The position numbers were made by a program, and so were the translations under genes. The notes under the pieces were generated by a model, which worked only from the letters and a program-made list of their open reading frames with translations, was not told the origin of the DNA and did no database searches. 64,000 bases of DNA from Octopus vulgaris (Eukaryota), in assembly GCA_951406725.2 (NCBI GenBank), contig OX597833.1, positions 20,026,001-20,090,000 on the forward strand. Reading direction: 5' to 3'. Each line of letters opens with the position of its first letter. Positions within the stretch are counted from its first letter, which is position 1. Below are positions 12,615 to 26,419 of the stretch, piece by piece.

Positions 12615-12940
12615 ATGTGTCTATGTGTATGCTTGTGTGTCTTTGTGTTTATGTGTATGTGTGTATATATGTGTGTGCATGTGCTTCTCTACATATGCAT
12701 GTGTGTATGTAGGTGTGTGTGATCTGTATTTGCTCCCTTCACATTTTTTTACAACTGGTATTGGTTTGTTTATGTTCCTAAAACTTAGCAATTTATTGAA
12801 AGAGACTAATAGAGTAAGTACAAGACTTAAAAAAAAAAAAACGTAAGTACTGGAATCAATTTCTTTGTTTGACAAAAAACCTTCAAGGCAGTGCCCCAGC
12901 ATGGCCACAGTCCACTGACTGAAACAAGTAAAATATAAAA
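12020..12940 (+). mobile_element. SINE family A interrupted by a family-D SINE
   Basis: Head at 12020-12083; the remainder resumes at 12473. Confidence 0.8.
12084..12472 (-). mobile_element. tRNA-derived SINE family D with 12-bp TSD
   Basis: Minus strand begins GGAGGCGCAATGGCCCAGTGGTTAGG...GTTTCGATTCCC (Pol III A and B boxes). TSD TTCAGTCCCACT at 12072-12083 and 12473-12484. Confidence 0.85.
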
Positions 12941-13069
12941 GACAGTGGTAAAGTGTGTTTCAAAAGAGAGTTCTGGGTCTAAATATAGGCTCTGTGATAC
13001 TTTTGCTAGATGTGTTAGGAGACATTTTAGTTGTATCCACAGAATGGCCTGAAATTATGGGGGAGGGGG

Positions 13070-13232
13070 CTAATCAATTACATCAACCCCAGTGCATAAC
13101 TGGTACTTATTTTATCCACCCCAAAAGGATGAAAGGCAAAGTCAACCTCAGCAGAATTTGAACTCAGAATGTAAAGAGGGATGAAATGCTGCTAAACATT
13201 TTGCCTGGCATGCTAACAGTTCTGCCAGCTCA
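13070..13232 (-). mobile_element. SINE family B
   Basis: AAAGGATGAAAGGCAAAGTCAACCTC...GAATTTGAACTCAGAA...TTCTGCCAGCTC. Confidence 0.8.
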
Positions 13233-14296
13233 GCAAACCTCTCCTGCCTTGGGAGATAATTCATTAAGTGTTTAAAAAAGGCTAAAGGAGTAAATCTCTA
13301 CAGAAAATATTGTGGGATGGCCCCTAAAGCAGATATGTACAGTCATACTTAACCAATATATAGTGACCCTTGCAACTCCATGGATGCTGCAAATATACTG
13401 ACTTGTCTTTATCTTGGGGTGCATCCATGAACAGAGAGGTGGTAAGTATACTTGGGACTAGGAATTTGCTTCTGGAAGCAGTCCAGGCACAGCAGAGGTG
13501 GTTAAGCTACTGTCTCTGAAACACCATCAACCAATAATGCAAAAGGCCAACAATATTTGCCAAGGATCCACCAAGGTTGACTTTGCCTTTCATCCTTTCG
13601 GGATCAATAAAATAAGTCCAAGTTGAGCACTGGGGCTTATGTAATCAACTTAAATTGAAATTGTTTGCCAAAATATGAAACCAATATTTGCCAAGGATAA
13701 AATACAATAGCAGAGGCAGAGTATACATCATTGGCAGGTTTGCTGACAAACTCTTACATAACAATACTCAACTACAGAGAAACACAATATGGTTTAATAA
13801 AACGAAGTTAAAAAGACTGTTTGAAGTCTGAATTTATCCTCAAGTAATAAGTTACTCTATTCATATTTTTTCTCTCCATGTTTTTAAAATTTTTAACCAG
13901 ATTTCTCTCTTTTCCAATGATCAATAGTTATTACAAATACTTTGTTATGAGCCAATTCTAAAGACAGCAGCTGTTTAAAAGAATGTTTTTATGTTAAATT
14001 GTTTCTGTATATTTTGTGTGAGGCTTTGATCAAAGATATGTTTGATGAAGGGTGGGATGGGCCCTGAACAAGAAATTAAAGAAGACAGCTGGTATGTAAC
14101 AATTCTACAGCATTGGATTACCAAACTGATGTAAAAATACATTCAACCACCTTCCTTCAAGGTTGTGTGGTGAAGAAGCTCATGTATACATACATATCTT
14201 TTACTTGTGTCAGTCATTAGATTGTGGCCATGCTGGGGCACCACTCTGAAGAATTGATCTCAGTACTTATTTTTTAAAGCCTGATGTAATCTCCCA

Positions 14297-14436
14297 CTCT
14301 CCTACCCTGATGTAATCTCCAGGGATACAGGCATCCAGCAACAGGACCTCCGTAATGCCATGATGGACCGTGAAGTCTGGCGTAGCATGGTAAATTCCAT
14401 TGTCTCGACCACGGTCAAACAATGATGAATGATGAT
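14297..14436 (+). mobile_element. Short 3' end of a second RTE-like LINE
   Basis: Reads LSYPDVISRDTGIQQQDLRNAMMDREVWRSMV (RTE-like DRxxWR C-terminus), then a (GAT)n tail. Sits inside a minus-strand SINE A (14197-14525). Confidence 0.65.
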
Positions 14437-14523
14437 TTAGTGTATCTGTGCTTTTTGCTGAACTGCTACGTTACGGAGACATAAGCACACCAACATCTGT
14501 TGTCAAGCAATGGTGGGGGACAA

Positions 14524-14940
14524 AGGCGGCATGCTGGCAAAAACGTTTGCACATCGTGCGAAATGCGTAGCCGTATTTCATCTGCCATTATGTCCTGAGT
14601 TCAAATTCCGCTGAGGTCAACTTTGCCTTTCATCCTTTCGGGGTCGATTAAATAAGTACCAGTTATGCACTGGGGTCGATATAATTGACTTAATCCATTT
14701 GTCTGTCCTTCTTTGTCCCCTCTGTGTTTAACCCCTTGTGGGTAGTAAAGAAATAGGTATTTTGTCTGTCATTACGTTCTGGGTTCAAATTCCACCGAGG
14801 TTGACTTTGCCTTTCATCCTTTTGGGGTCGATAAATTAAGTACCAGTTACACACTGGGGTCGATGTAATCGACTTAATCCATTTGTCTGTCCTTGTTTGT
14901 CCACTTTATGTTTAGCCCCTTGTAGGCAATAAAGGAATAA
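14524..14940 (+). mobile_element. SINE family B dimer
   Basis: Two tandem Meta-like cores; same dimer organisation as 9777-10185. Confidence 0.85.
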
Positions 14941-14967
14941 TGGTGGGGGACAAACACAAACACACAC

Positions 14968-15006
<39 letters not shown>

Positions 15007-15009
<3 letters not shown>

Positions 15010-15318
15010 CACTATCCGACTCGTGGCCGATGCCAGCGCCGCCTCGACTGGCTTCCGTGCCGGTGGCACATAAAATACACCAATCCGACCGTGGCCATTG
15101 CCAGCCTCGCCTGGCACCTGTGCAGGTGGCATGTAAAAAGCACCCACTACACTCACGGAGTGGTTCGCGTTTGGAAGGGCATCCAGCTGTAGAAACATTG
15201 CCAGATAAGACTGGAGCCTGGTGCAGCCTTCTGGCTTCCCAGATCCCCGGTCGAACCGTCCAACCCATGCTAGCATGGAGAACGGACGTTAAACAATGAT
15301 GATGATGATGATGATGAT
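15007..15318 (+). mobile_element. RTE LINE 3' UTR (family C) next to a (TA)n run
   Basis: Family-C motifs and a (GAT)n tail. Confidence 0.85.
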
Positions 15319-15329
15319 ATACATACATA

Positions 15330-16629
15330 TATGATGGGAAGTCAAAAATTATCTGCACTTTCACCATAACATATCTTTATTATTGTCACACTGCCTTCTG
15401 CACATGTGTGCTTATAGTTGGTACTATTGTTGCCACGTTATTAAAGTTTGAGCCTCATTGTGCCATTTTTCTTTCTGGCTTTACAATGTAAGCATGGCTG
15501 CTCCACTGGCAATGTGCACCAAAGATCAGTGATCCAATTTCTCTGGTTATAAGTTGTGTCAGGTACAGAAATTCATCAGAGGCTTTTAGCACAGTATGAG
15601 GACAGTTCACTACTGCATAGAAGTGTGTATGAGTGGATCGAGAAGTTTAAAAGTAACCGGACAAGTGTGGCACACAAAGAGGGAGCAGGATGCCCATGAA
15701 CCTCCACCATTGACCAGAAGATTCAGCAAGCTCAAGAGATGCTAATGGTGAACTGGGGAGTTATTATTGATGAAGGAGCTCATTCTCTGCAGACTAGTCA
15801 TGGTTCTGCCTATCAAATCACCCACAATGAGCTTGGCTTCCATAAAGTCTGTGCAAGATGGTGCTAAGAGAGCTTACTGCAGAGCACAAGCGCAAACATC
15901 CTGAGGTCTGCCGACGTTGATTGCTACAACAACAAGAGCAAGGAATTTTTGAGCAGAATAGTCACAGGAGATGAAACGTGGGTCCATCGTTATGAGGCAG
16001 AATCCAAAAGCCAGAGTATGGAGTGGAAACATCCTGGCTCGCCAGCGACAAAGAAATTCAAGACACACTCTCCCGCAGGAAAGGTAATGCTAACCCTTTA
16101 TCGGGACTCAAAAGGGCCTATACTGGAAGACTGCCTGGAAAAGGGTTGTACGATCAACAGTGCAAGATACAGTGCTTTGCTGGTCAACAAACTGAAGCCA
16201 GCAATTTGCACCATACGCCAGAGCCTATTGTCAGAGAAAGTTTTGTTGTTGTATGACAATGCATGCCCACACATGGCTGCCCAGACCGTTGAAATCATTA
16301 ACCAATTGGGTTTTGTGGTGCTAGAACACTCTGCCTACAGCCCAGATCTTGCCTCTTCTGACTATCGTATCTTTGGACTGCTCAGAGGTGGTTTACAAGG
16401 TTGTCAATTTCCTACAGATGAAGATGTGAAGGAAACGGTGCATAAATGGTTGCACAACCAACTGAAAATTTTCTTCTGAGAGGGAATATGCAAGCTTGTG
16501 GACCGCTGGGCAAAGTACATCGAAAAGGAAGGAGACTATATAGAGAAATGATGTACTTGTTTGTCCTCTGCTTTTGTGTAAATACATTGGGAAAACAAGA
16601 GTGCATACAATCTTTGAATCTCCCTTGTA
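15330..16629 (+). pseudogene. Full-length decayed mariner (D,D34D) DNA transposon
   Basis: ORF 15949..16479 contains IVTGDETWV, LLYDNACPH and YSPDLASSD. The N-terminus has stops and frameshifts. Degenerate ~28-bp TIRs flanked by TA. Confidence 0.9.
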
Positions 16630-18189
16630 TATATACATACATACACATGTGAACACACAGGTGCAAAACAAGGTGGAGAAAATAGTACTCAAAGACCAAA
16701 AGTAGAGTAAAATAGTATTATATTGATGCAGAAAAGATTTGACAAACTCTTACTCAGACCTCCATATAGACTATCATCAGACACACGTGTGTATTTAGAA
16801 CACTGCAATAGTTTATAGGTATTCATGATTACCAACTCATCAAATAAACATTTGGAGCTGATTGGGCATTTAATTACTTTTCAGAATAACAGAAATCTAT
16901 TGGATAAAAGCGATGGACTATAATGGGAAAATATATAAACATTAGAGTGAGTGAAATACAAATTGAAAATTGGATGATGGAAGGAAATTTGTAGGAATGG
17001 GTATAAAAAAAAAAGTACACAGAATAAGAAAGACCTTATCAGAAATAAGATACGAGATAGAGCAATTAATTAAAATAGAATTTAAATGGAAATATAAATT
17101 GAAAGATTAAAATTGAAATAAGGGCAAATGAGTATCAGAAAAAAAAAAAATGAAATATAAAAAGTAAGTAAATTAAAAGTAAGTTTACAAACTGGGACAG
17201 GAAAAAAGCAGCTTTGGGAGGAAATAGAAGAGAGAGGATAAGGTTAAAGAGAAAGAGTGAGAGAAGGAGGAGGGAGAAAAAAAAAAGAGATTGAGGCTAA
17301 GAGATACATATCTGTGTATATATGTGTGATGTGGTGTCAGTTTAGCATTTTGAAACTTCGGTTAAGGGAGGAGTGGAAGCAAATTAGAAAGGGTATGATA
17401 GAAAGAGAAATTAGATAGATAGAAAGAACAAAGGTAAAGGGTAGATTCTGTACTAGTGGAGGGGAATTAACATGTACATTAATGAAACACAGGTGACAAA
17501 TATAAGGGAAATTTTGTTTAGAAATGGTAAGACTTGACAAACTTTTACTCAGACCTCCATATAAGCTATCATTAGACACACATGTGTATTTAGAAAACTG
17601 CAATGGTTTATGCGTATTCATGATAACCAACTCATCAAATAAACATTTGAAGCTGATTGGGCAATTAATTACTTTTCAGAATAACAGGAATCTATTGGAT
17701 AAAAGCGATGGATCATAATGGGAAAATATATAAACAAATGCCAGTGAAATAAAACTGAAAATTAGATAATAGAAATTTGTAGGAATGAGTTTAAAAATGT
17801 ACACAGAATAAGAAAGACCTTACCAGAAATAAGATATGAGATAGAGCAATTAATTGAAATAGAATTTAAATGGAAATAAGAATTAAAGATTAAAATAAAA
17901 ATAATGGCAAATGAGTATCACACAAATGGAGAATAATGATAGAGCTTATATAGTGTGAATGACCAAATGATCACTAGCAGACAAAGGATAAAATCGGGAG
18001 CATGTGAGCTTACCACTCATGCATTAGAGTAGGTTTGAAGTTCTATTCAAAGAGATATTATGACACATGAAACAGAATACAGGATATGTTGATATAAATT
18101 GTCATGATCTAAAGGTATATAAAACATGAAAAATATACAACTACAGTTATATTAAAATATAAAGTAATAACAAAATATAGAAATATAAA

Positions 18190-18411
18190 GACGGTGAGCT
18201 GGCAGAAATGTTAGCATACTGGACAAAATGCCTAGCTGTATTTCATCTGTCTTTACGCTCTGGGTTCAAATTCTGCCAAGGTTGACTTTGCCTTTCATCC
18301 TTTCAGAGTCGATAAATTAAGTACCAGTTACGCACTGGGGTCGATGTAATCGACTTAATCCCTTTGTTTGTCCCCTCTATGTTTAGCCCCTTGTGGGCAA
18401 TAAAGAAATAA
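18190..18411 (+). mobile_element. SINE family B monomer
   Basis: GACGGTGAGCTGGCAGAAATG...CAATAAAGAAATAAG; AGAAATATAAA on both flanks. Confidence 0.85.
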
Positions 18412-18422
18412 GAAATATAAAT

Positions 18423-18690
18423 ATCATCATCATCATTTAGTGTTCTTTCTCCATACTGGCATGGGTTAGATGGTTTGAGATGGAGCTGGCTAGCAGGGAA
18501 CTGTCCAGACTCCAGCTACCTGTTGTGGCATGGTTTCTATGGCTGGATGCCCTTCATAATGCCAACCACTAGCAGGGAACTATCCAGACTCCAACTGCCT
18601 GTTGTGGCATGGTTTCTATGGCTGGATGCCCTTCCTAATGCCAACCACTAAACAGAGTGTGCTTTGTGCTTTTTATGTGCCACTGGCATA
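18423..18690 (-). mobile_element. Family C tail with a 79-bp internal tandem duplication
   Basis: 18490-18568 is repeated at 18569-18647. Confidence 0.75.
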
Positions 18691-19164
18691 GAAAAATATT
18701 AACAATTTTAGAAAATGTAAAAAAATATCAGAAAAAAAAAAACCAAGTTGCAGTATGAAAGGAGTAGCACTTTTGTGTGGGATTGAAAATATGTATACAT
18801 GGGGAATAATGATAGAGCATATATAGTATGAATGATCAAATAATTACTAGCAAACAAAGGATCAAATCAGGAGCGTATGAGCTTACCTCTCATACATTAG
18901 AATAGGTTTGAAATTCTATTCAAATCTGTTGTCTAAAAAAACAATAGGAACTAGAAGTTAGAAAAAATGACTAGGAGACAAAACAATAAGTAGAAAAGTG
19001 CTTCAGACCAATCTTGAATACCAAAACATTTTGGCAGAGGAGAAAAAGTACAACACAGTAGAGGAGAGATTTCTCACAGAAGATGAGGCAAGAATGATAA
19101 ACTGATCCTCATTTAATCTACCTTGTCATCGGCTAATAAAAATATAAAGACAATATAAAAAATT

Positions 19165-20050
19165 ATATAAAGGTGTAGCACACCAACAGATGGCAGCTTA
19201 TGGTTGTATGCACAGTGAGAGCTAGCACTGATTTTCATGAGGCAATGTGCTGTATTTACTTCACAAGTTGTGAAATTTGTGTTTTTGTGATCACGTGTAT
19301 GCTATAGTCTGTGATTTTGTCATGGATAATATAACTTGAGCCAACTTGAAATTTTGTGTTAAACTTAGGAAGTCTGCTACAGAAACATTGAGCATGCTTT
19401 GGCAAGCTTATGGGGACCAGGCAATAGGTCGTACAGAGTGTTTTGAGTGGCATGGACACTTCAAAAGCAGAACATCCTTGGAAGACGATGAGCAATCTGG
19501 AAGACCTGTCATGAGCGCCACACTTGGAAATGTGGAATCATGCATTGAGAATTCATTCCCCAGGGCCAGACTGTCAATTTAGAGTTCTACTATGATATTT
19601 CAAAGTATTTTTGTGGGGACATTCAGCAAAAGCAACTGGATCTGTGGATCACGAAGAATTGGATTCTGCACAACAACAATGCACCCTGTCACTGAGCTTT
19701 CCTCAATTGTGAGTTTCTCACCAAAAACAACATAATATCGCTTCTGCATCCACCGTGTTCACCAGATTTAGCAGCTGCAGACTTCCATTTTTTTTACTCA
19801 AGATGAAAATGCAGGTCAAAGGTCACCATTTTAACACCGTTGTCAAGATCCAGAGCGAATCACAGAAGGTCTTCCACTCACTTAAGAGAAACAACTTCTA
19901 GGCTGGATTCCAAAAGTAGCAAGAATGCTGGGACCAGTGTATTGCCGTGCAAGGTGACGGTTTTGAAGGAGACGATGTTAAAACCTTAGGTAAATAAGTT
20001 ATTTTTTATTAAACACACCTAGTCTGGAAACCTTTTTATACCACCTCATA
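19165..20050 (+). pseudogene. Decayed, internally deleted mariner element
   Basis: N-terminal HTH-like KFCVKLRKSATETLSMLWQAYGD...EDDEQSGRP; downstream remnants ILHNNNAPCH and HPPCSPDLAAADF; 3' terminus ...ACCACCTCATA. Confidence 0.8.
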
Positions 20051-20770
20051 CTAATCCAAATGGATCACCAAAGCATGAAATCAATCCTGGACCTGATCAA
20101 TCTACCAGACAGCATATACAATTGTATGTGGCCATTGAGAGCAGAAGACCATAATTTCACTTGTGTGGTGACAAAAACCATCTCATGACTTTCTACTCAC
20201 AGCAAAAGAGGAGAGAAACAAGACCCCATTTCTGTTGACACAATCACTTCACAAACACACACACACACATAAACCAAAATTTAAGCTTAACTGTCTCAAG
20301 GGAAGAAAGGTAGCATTCATAACCATTTTCAGTGCTTTTGAGAAGGGTAAACCAGCCTGAACATTATTTATAGCAAGTAATTAATTAATTATTGTGAGGG
20401 TATTTAAGTGTGATTTGTGAATGCTGGTGGCTTGTATGAACATATGAAATGTCAGATTTAATTTTAAAAACGAGAAAAACCAAGTGTTCTACTAAAAAAA
20501 ACCACCACAAACACGAAAAATGAATTAAAAATAATTTTAAAAGAAAATTGATATTTTTTTCAGTTACTGAGTCAAGTTAAGAAGTTTGGTGCCAAGCCAT
20601 TTAGCTCTAAACTCCTGGCTTCTGTTGACTATAAACGTTGTTTAGTCCCAGGTTGGATTATGATTGAGCACATTTATAACTGTCATTTTTTTGTTTTTCT
20701 TCAAATGTATTATAACTAAGACTACATTACCCAATGCATAATCTTGAAAAAAATTTTTTTAATGCCTATG

Positions 20771-21340
20771 TATTGGGTTGTCCGGAAAGTTCATGTCGAT
20801 TTTTAAAGGAAAGAAAAAGGTCGATAAATACTTGCCATTACATTTTTAATCAACCAAATATGAACCATTTTGTTGCACAATGCATCTCCATCTTTCCTTT
20901 AACTTGAAAATACTCTCTTCCCAGAATTGAGGTGGTTTCATGGCAAAGAATTCATCAAGGTATCTTTTTATATCATCCAAGGAATTGAAATTTTTACCAT
21001 TAAGACTATTTTGCAGAGGCCTGAATAAGTGGAAATCCGAAGGAGCAATATCTGGTGAATATGGAGGGTGGGGTAACACATTCCAGCCGAGCTGCAGCAA
21101 TTTTTGTCTGGTTCCCAAAGCATCAAGTGCCGAAAATGAACTTTCTTATCTTCCATCTTAAAGGGTTACAGAATTAACACAGGTTATAGGAACATAAACC
21201 TTCTTCTACGAAAAGATAGCTTAAACTGTGCTCTAAATGGAGGTGTAGTCAAATCCTATTTTATGGACTCAACCATGTTCTAAAATAAGTCAAAAGGTAA
21301 GATACTCTAAATCGGCACAAACTTTCCGGACAACCCAATA
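20771..21340 (-). mobile_element. Non-autonomous mariner deletion derivative (570 bp)
   Basis: Perfect TIR TATTGGGTTGTCCGGAAAGTT / AACTTTCCGGACAACCCAATA. C-terminal ORF VLPHPPYSPDIAPSDFHLF. Appears inserted at a TA in the head of a SINE A. Confidence 0.92.
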
Positions 21341-22098
21341 GTTACAAAGCTTGCTTTGCAACTACACGGTTTTGGCTTCAGTCTCACTGTGCAATACCTT
21401 GGGTAAGCATGTACTATAGCAACAGGCTAGCTAATTCCTTGTAAGTGAATTTGGTAGATGGAAACTGTATGGAAACCAATTTTGTGTGTGTGTGTTTGTG
21501 TGCATGTGTGTGCTTGTGTTTGTCCTATCACCTCTTAACAACAAGTTTGTTTGCATCCCCATAACTTAGCAGTTCAGCAAAGGAGACCAATGGAACAAGA
21601 TAAATACCGGGGTCAATTTGTTCAATTAAACCCTTCAAAATGGTGCCCCAGGATGGTTACAGTCCAGTGACTGAAACAAGTAAAAAATAAAAAGATATAT
21701 GTGGCTGTGTGGTAAGAAGTTTACTTCCCAACCACATGGTTTCAGGTTCAGTCCCACTGCATGGCAACTTGAGCAAGTGCCTTCTACTATAGCCTTGGGC
21801 TTATCAAAGCCTTGTGAGTGGATTAACTAGATGGACACTGAAAGAAGCCTGTCATATGTATATGTATATATTTATATATATGTGTGTGTGTCTGTTTGTC
21901 TCCCCACCATCACTTGACAACTGATACTGGCATGTTTATGTTCCTGTAACTTAGCAGTTCATCAAAAAATGACCAATAGAATAAGTACTAGGCTTACAAA
22001 GAGTAAGGCCTGAGGTTGATTTCTTTGATTAAAAACCTCTTAAAGCAGTGCTCCAGCATGGCTGCAGTCAAATGACTGAAACAAAAGAGTAAAAGAAA
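21341..22098 (+). mobile_element. Two tandem SINE family A copies (21341-21695 and 21700-22098)
   Basis: Family-A body and tail occur twice. Confidence 0.8.
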
Positions 22099-22109
22099 GC
22101 CAAAACAAA

Positions 22110-22320
22110 CCCCGCTGGTGCTGGTGCCATGCAAAAAGCACCCAGTCCACTCTGTAAAGTGGCTGATGTTGGGAAGGGCATCCACCTGTAAAAACCATGC
22201 CACAACAGACAGTGGAGCTTGGTGCAGTTCTCTGGCTTGCCAATTCCTGTTGAACCATTCAGCCCATGCCAGTATTGGAAGACAGACATTAAATAATGAT
22301 GATGATGATGATGATGATGA
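22110..22320 (+). mobile_element. Family C tail
   Basis: GGGAAGGGCATCC, CCCATGCCAG and (GAT)n. Confidence 0.75.
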
Positions 22321-22889
22321 CTTTCAAGATTTGACTGCTTGTTCTAGCAGTTTGAACTAACATGCAGAAGAAACCCTCTTGGCTTCACAAATCTGTCATT
22401 TGTTGAACCCTAGCCAAAGGTATTTAAAGGTATTTAATACCTTTGGTTACGATTGAACTACTGTATACATTCCCTATTTAAGACAGCAGGATGTCATTTT
22501 GAAGGAAATTTGGCTGCTTTTGTAGCACTTCATGAGAACACATAGGGGATCTTTTATTGGTTCCATTGCAGATGTAGTGTATGCTACAACACATTAGGGT
22601 TTCAGAAAAATATTTTGTGGCCCTTCAGTGACAAATTCAGTTTCCTTTGCATCAGTATTTTTATTACTTGTTATTCAACAAGGCAGAAGAATATTGTTCA
22701 TGGAATAGGAATGCACAACATATTTCAATTGTTCTAGAACAATTCTTACACCCATACACACCCACACAGACACATAAACATTCATACATGCTCACATATT
22801 ACACTGATATCACAGCAATAAATTATTTTATTACAAAAACGACAGTTTAGCTTTGAATGCACATATATCAGTTTTTGAAAGCATGTCTA

Positions 22890-23087
22890 AAAAGTGTGTG
22901 TGCTTGTATATTTATGCATAGGTATATACATATGTATATGTGTGTGTGTATACATATACGTATATCTATATATAGATATTTACATGTGTACATATACATC
23001 ATATATATGTGTGAGTGTATAAATAAATATATATACACACACACACATATATATCCATACATATACACACATTCATATAAACATATA

Positions 23088-23129
<42 letters not shown>

Positions 23130-23300
23130 TACATATGTATATACATGCACATGTACACATACATATATGCATATGCATCAATATATATACATACCTATAT
23201 ACATGTGTATACATACACACATACTCATATGTACACCATGTGTATGTGTGTGTGCATACACATGCATACTACATGTATGTATATATGATGCATATATACA
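22890..23300. repeat. Compound (TA)/(CA)/(TACA) microsatellite
   Basis: Low-complexity purine-pyrimidine alternation; the overlapping ORFs are artefacts. Confidence 0.95.
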
Positions 23301-24232
23301 CTAATTCATATCCAACAAACATGGTAAGTTTTCTAAATAACAATTTGCGAGGGGGTATGCTGAACAGCAAAAAGGCAAACAATAACATATATATTCTTTC
23401 TCAATATGTTGTGGCATATTTCAACATGCATATCTGATCAGTCTTGCTTTTCACCATTGGAGAACATCCCTCCCTTTATACTGTGTATCTTCATAACACA
23501 AGCGATTCAATGGCGTAAGAGGTCTTTGAGAGATGCTACAGTGTTTCGACTTAATTATGTGCTTCCTCAGTTAAAGCTATTCCCACCAATGAAGTGAAAC
23601 AGATATTTACTTTCATATCTGCCTGAACATATTGAGAACGAATAGACATCTTATTGTTTGAATTCTCATTGTTCTTTATTTGTCTCCTGAATTATCTGCT
23701 TGGCAGACATCAGCATGCATCAACAAATAATTTGGCTGCTGATAATATAATTTCTATAAGCAAGAGACTGAGGAGACACACAAAAGGGTCAAAACATTAC
23801 GGTATCTCAAAGTCCCCATTACACCTGTGAATCATGTATATTATGAATGCACAGCATTAAAAAGAGAGATGATAAAAACACAACAGCAATCAGATATTTA
23901 TGTTCAAATCTGCCACAACATATTGAAAGTGGATGCGTTAATGTTTCTAAATAATCCTATCCTTTCAGTTACTTGACATAATGTGACTGAATTTTGTTTT
24001 CAAATCTAATAATACACTCAGAGTTCAATTGTAGTATGTCTAGCAATAGCATAAAGTGTCTATGATTATACTGAAGCCCCGTTAAGCTATTCAGTATGGG
24101 TGAACAACCTGTGACAACAAACCACCATATGTCACACATGCAGAGACAAAGAGAGATTCAAACACACAGCTATTTTACCCTTTCTTCTAAAATTTTATGT
24201 TTATGCAATAATCACTATTACAATAGCCTTAG

Positions 24233-24472
24233 CTAACTCTTTTGATACCAAACCACCTGAGCCCCAACCCACCCCCACAGTTCTATTATATAAATTTCTT
24301 GCTTAAGAGTGATTTAATTTTAAACCTTCCAGCAAAATCTCATGCTAATTTATGGTCTAAACATCAGCTTAATAATAAGACTAAGTTATTTAACCAAATT
24401 TTTCGTTATTATCAAAATTAACTGAAACAGAATCAGTGTGTTTCAACAGGATTATGATAACAAAAGGGTTAA
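24233..24472 (-). mobile_element. piggyBac-like MITE (family P1)
   Basis: Reverse-orientation homologue ending CAAAAGGGTTAA. Confidence 0.7.
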
Positions 24473-25503
24473 AGTTATAGTGTATACCCAGCAATCACCA
24501 AAGCTAATTCAAGGCATTCATAATCTCTTCCCCAATGACCTTCTTTGTATTTCTCCCATCATTCACAGAAATGCACCCCTTTAATCATTCATTTAACAAA
24601 ACCCCAAAAGCATCATTAATGAACTATCCTTACTCAGTGATCACCATTCATCAGTTTAGGAGAGCTGAAAGAGCCATAAATTCAAATCCTTCCTTAAAGA
24701 ACAACAATAATGCTATATTCAGGGATGATGATGCCAATTTCTTTTAAGTCAACACAAAGCCATTTCTTGAAAGAGAGGCATTTAATCTATTGAGATGATT
24801 TCATTGATTCCTGAGGGGGAAACAATGCAAAGTGAACCGCAGTGTATCAGAATATAGAGGAACAAAGCAACTGAAGTATTTAATTTTGTGCTCTAGCCTT
24901 ATAACGCAGAGCAATGTACTGTACCTCTACATGATTCCAAATGAAAGCTTAAGGACAACTCTATTATGCAGTTTAAGTACTTATGACAGCAGGAAGACAA
25001 TCCTAATAACATAGCCAGCTGTTGTTCTCTATTTAGTGTTGAAAGGCTTTCTTAGACTTGACAGGATTAAAAGTACAGCTCTAAAGTCAACAGACAACTT
25101 TGCAATTATGTAACCTGGACTGCTGTTGTATTGTTAGAGTGTAGCGTATATAATCAAGACCATTATATTGTAGTATGTTGGATTATGTGAAACTTTATAG
25201 TGAGTCTGTTTACTAGCTATGGACATCTTCAATGTATTAATATCGTATGAATATCACCATTGATTTTGCTATTATAATTAATAAATAAATACTGTACTCA
25301 CTACTGAAATATTGTAATGCTAAGTAAAAATATAACACATTACCTAAAAAGATAGACATCTCTCCAACATTATGAATTGAAATGTTAAATGGAATAACAT
25401 ATAACACAAACATTACAGGAATACATAAGACACCTGCTATAACAAGCTAGCAAAGATGCATCTAGAAATAATAGCTAAATGTCCCTCAAATTACACTCTA
25501 CTG

Positions 25504-25677
25504 CAGGGGTCAGAGAACTTTTTTAACCAATTACCCTAAAATACATTTATTTATACCGACATTACCCCCTTGAGTTGAATGGAAGAAAATCATAGATAAC
25601 TGGGAACATGTTTTTTTTATATAATTATATTTATGTCTAATTACCCCCAAGAATTTCATTTTTACCCCCACTTGGGT
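25504..25677. mobile_element. hAT/Charlie-like MITE remnant
   Basis: Terminus CAGGGGTCAGAGAACTTTTTT with repeated TTACCCC motifs; interrupts a family-E repeat. Confidence 0.45.
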
Positions 25678-25726
25678 CTTTCTTATAAAGAGAAGAACAC
25701 ATTAGATAATGTAGTTCTTATTTCTT

Positions 25727-25957
25727 TTTTCTTTATTGCCCACAAGGGGCTAAACATAGAGGGGACAAACAAGGAAAGACAAAGGGATTAAGTCGACTAC
25801 ATCGACCCCAGTGCGTAACTGGTACCTATTTAATCGACCCTGAAAGGATGAAAGGCAAAGTCAACCTTGGCGGAATTTGAACTCAGAACATAGTGACAGA
25901 CGAAATACCGCTAAGCATTTCGCCTGGCCTGCTAACGTTTCTGCCAGCTCACCGCCC
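25727..25957 (-). mobile_element. SINE family B with TSD
   Basis: Full monomer; TAATGTAGTTC on both sides (~25708 and ~25961). Confidence 0.85.
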
Positions 25958-26419
25958 TCATAATGTAGTTCAAGCTAGTTCTAGATATCCCTAAGGGTGG
26001 TCACAGTTAGAATGCCTCTCATCGTATGTCTGTTCAGTTAGGATTGACCTGCAGTTAAACAACAACACCTACAATTAATCATCATCATCGACTGTAAATA
26101 TAAATATAATATAGACAAAAACAGGCAATCCAGACTAGATACTTGTAATGGTAAAGAAAATATAAGCTATACTATGAAAACATTTTCCAGCATCACTTGT
26201 TTCCTCATCATTTATTTATTTTTATTCTTAATTATTATTTTTTTTTTTTTTGCTATATCACTATGGTGCTTAGATTCCAAGCACTACGGTGATAGCAGGA
26301 TAATTATGGTGAAGAGATTTACAGTAAAAGATTATAATTATATATAAGACTATAATCATATGATCATAATCACACCATGTAACAATCAGCCAGAAATGCA
26401 CAAATCAGGTAGACTTCAA

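Larger units (their letters stand above)
16663..18925. repeat. Locally duplicated AT-rich element, possibly a Penelope-like remnant
   Basis: 16739-17137 is repeated at 17534-17920, and 17926-18052 is repeated at 18799-18924. Interrupted by SINE B and a family C tail. Confidence 0.55.

Noticed and set aside
15949-16479. Functional or domesticated (SETMAR-like) transposase
   Set aside because: The N-terminal half has stops and frameshifts, the C-terminus is frameshifted, and TIRs are still present.
22857-23437. His/Tyr/Ile-rich ORFs (also 33521-34164 and 13-231)
   Set aside because: Translations of dinucleotide repeats.
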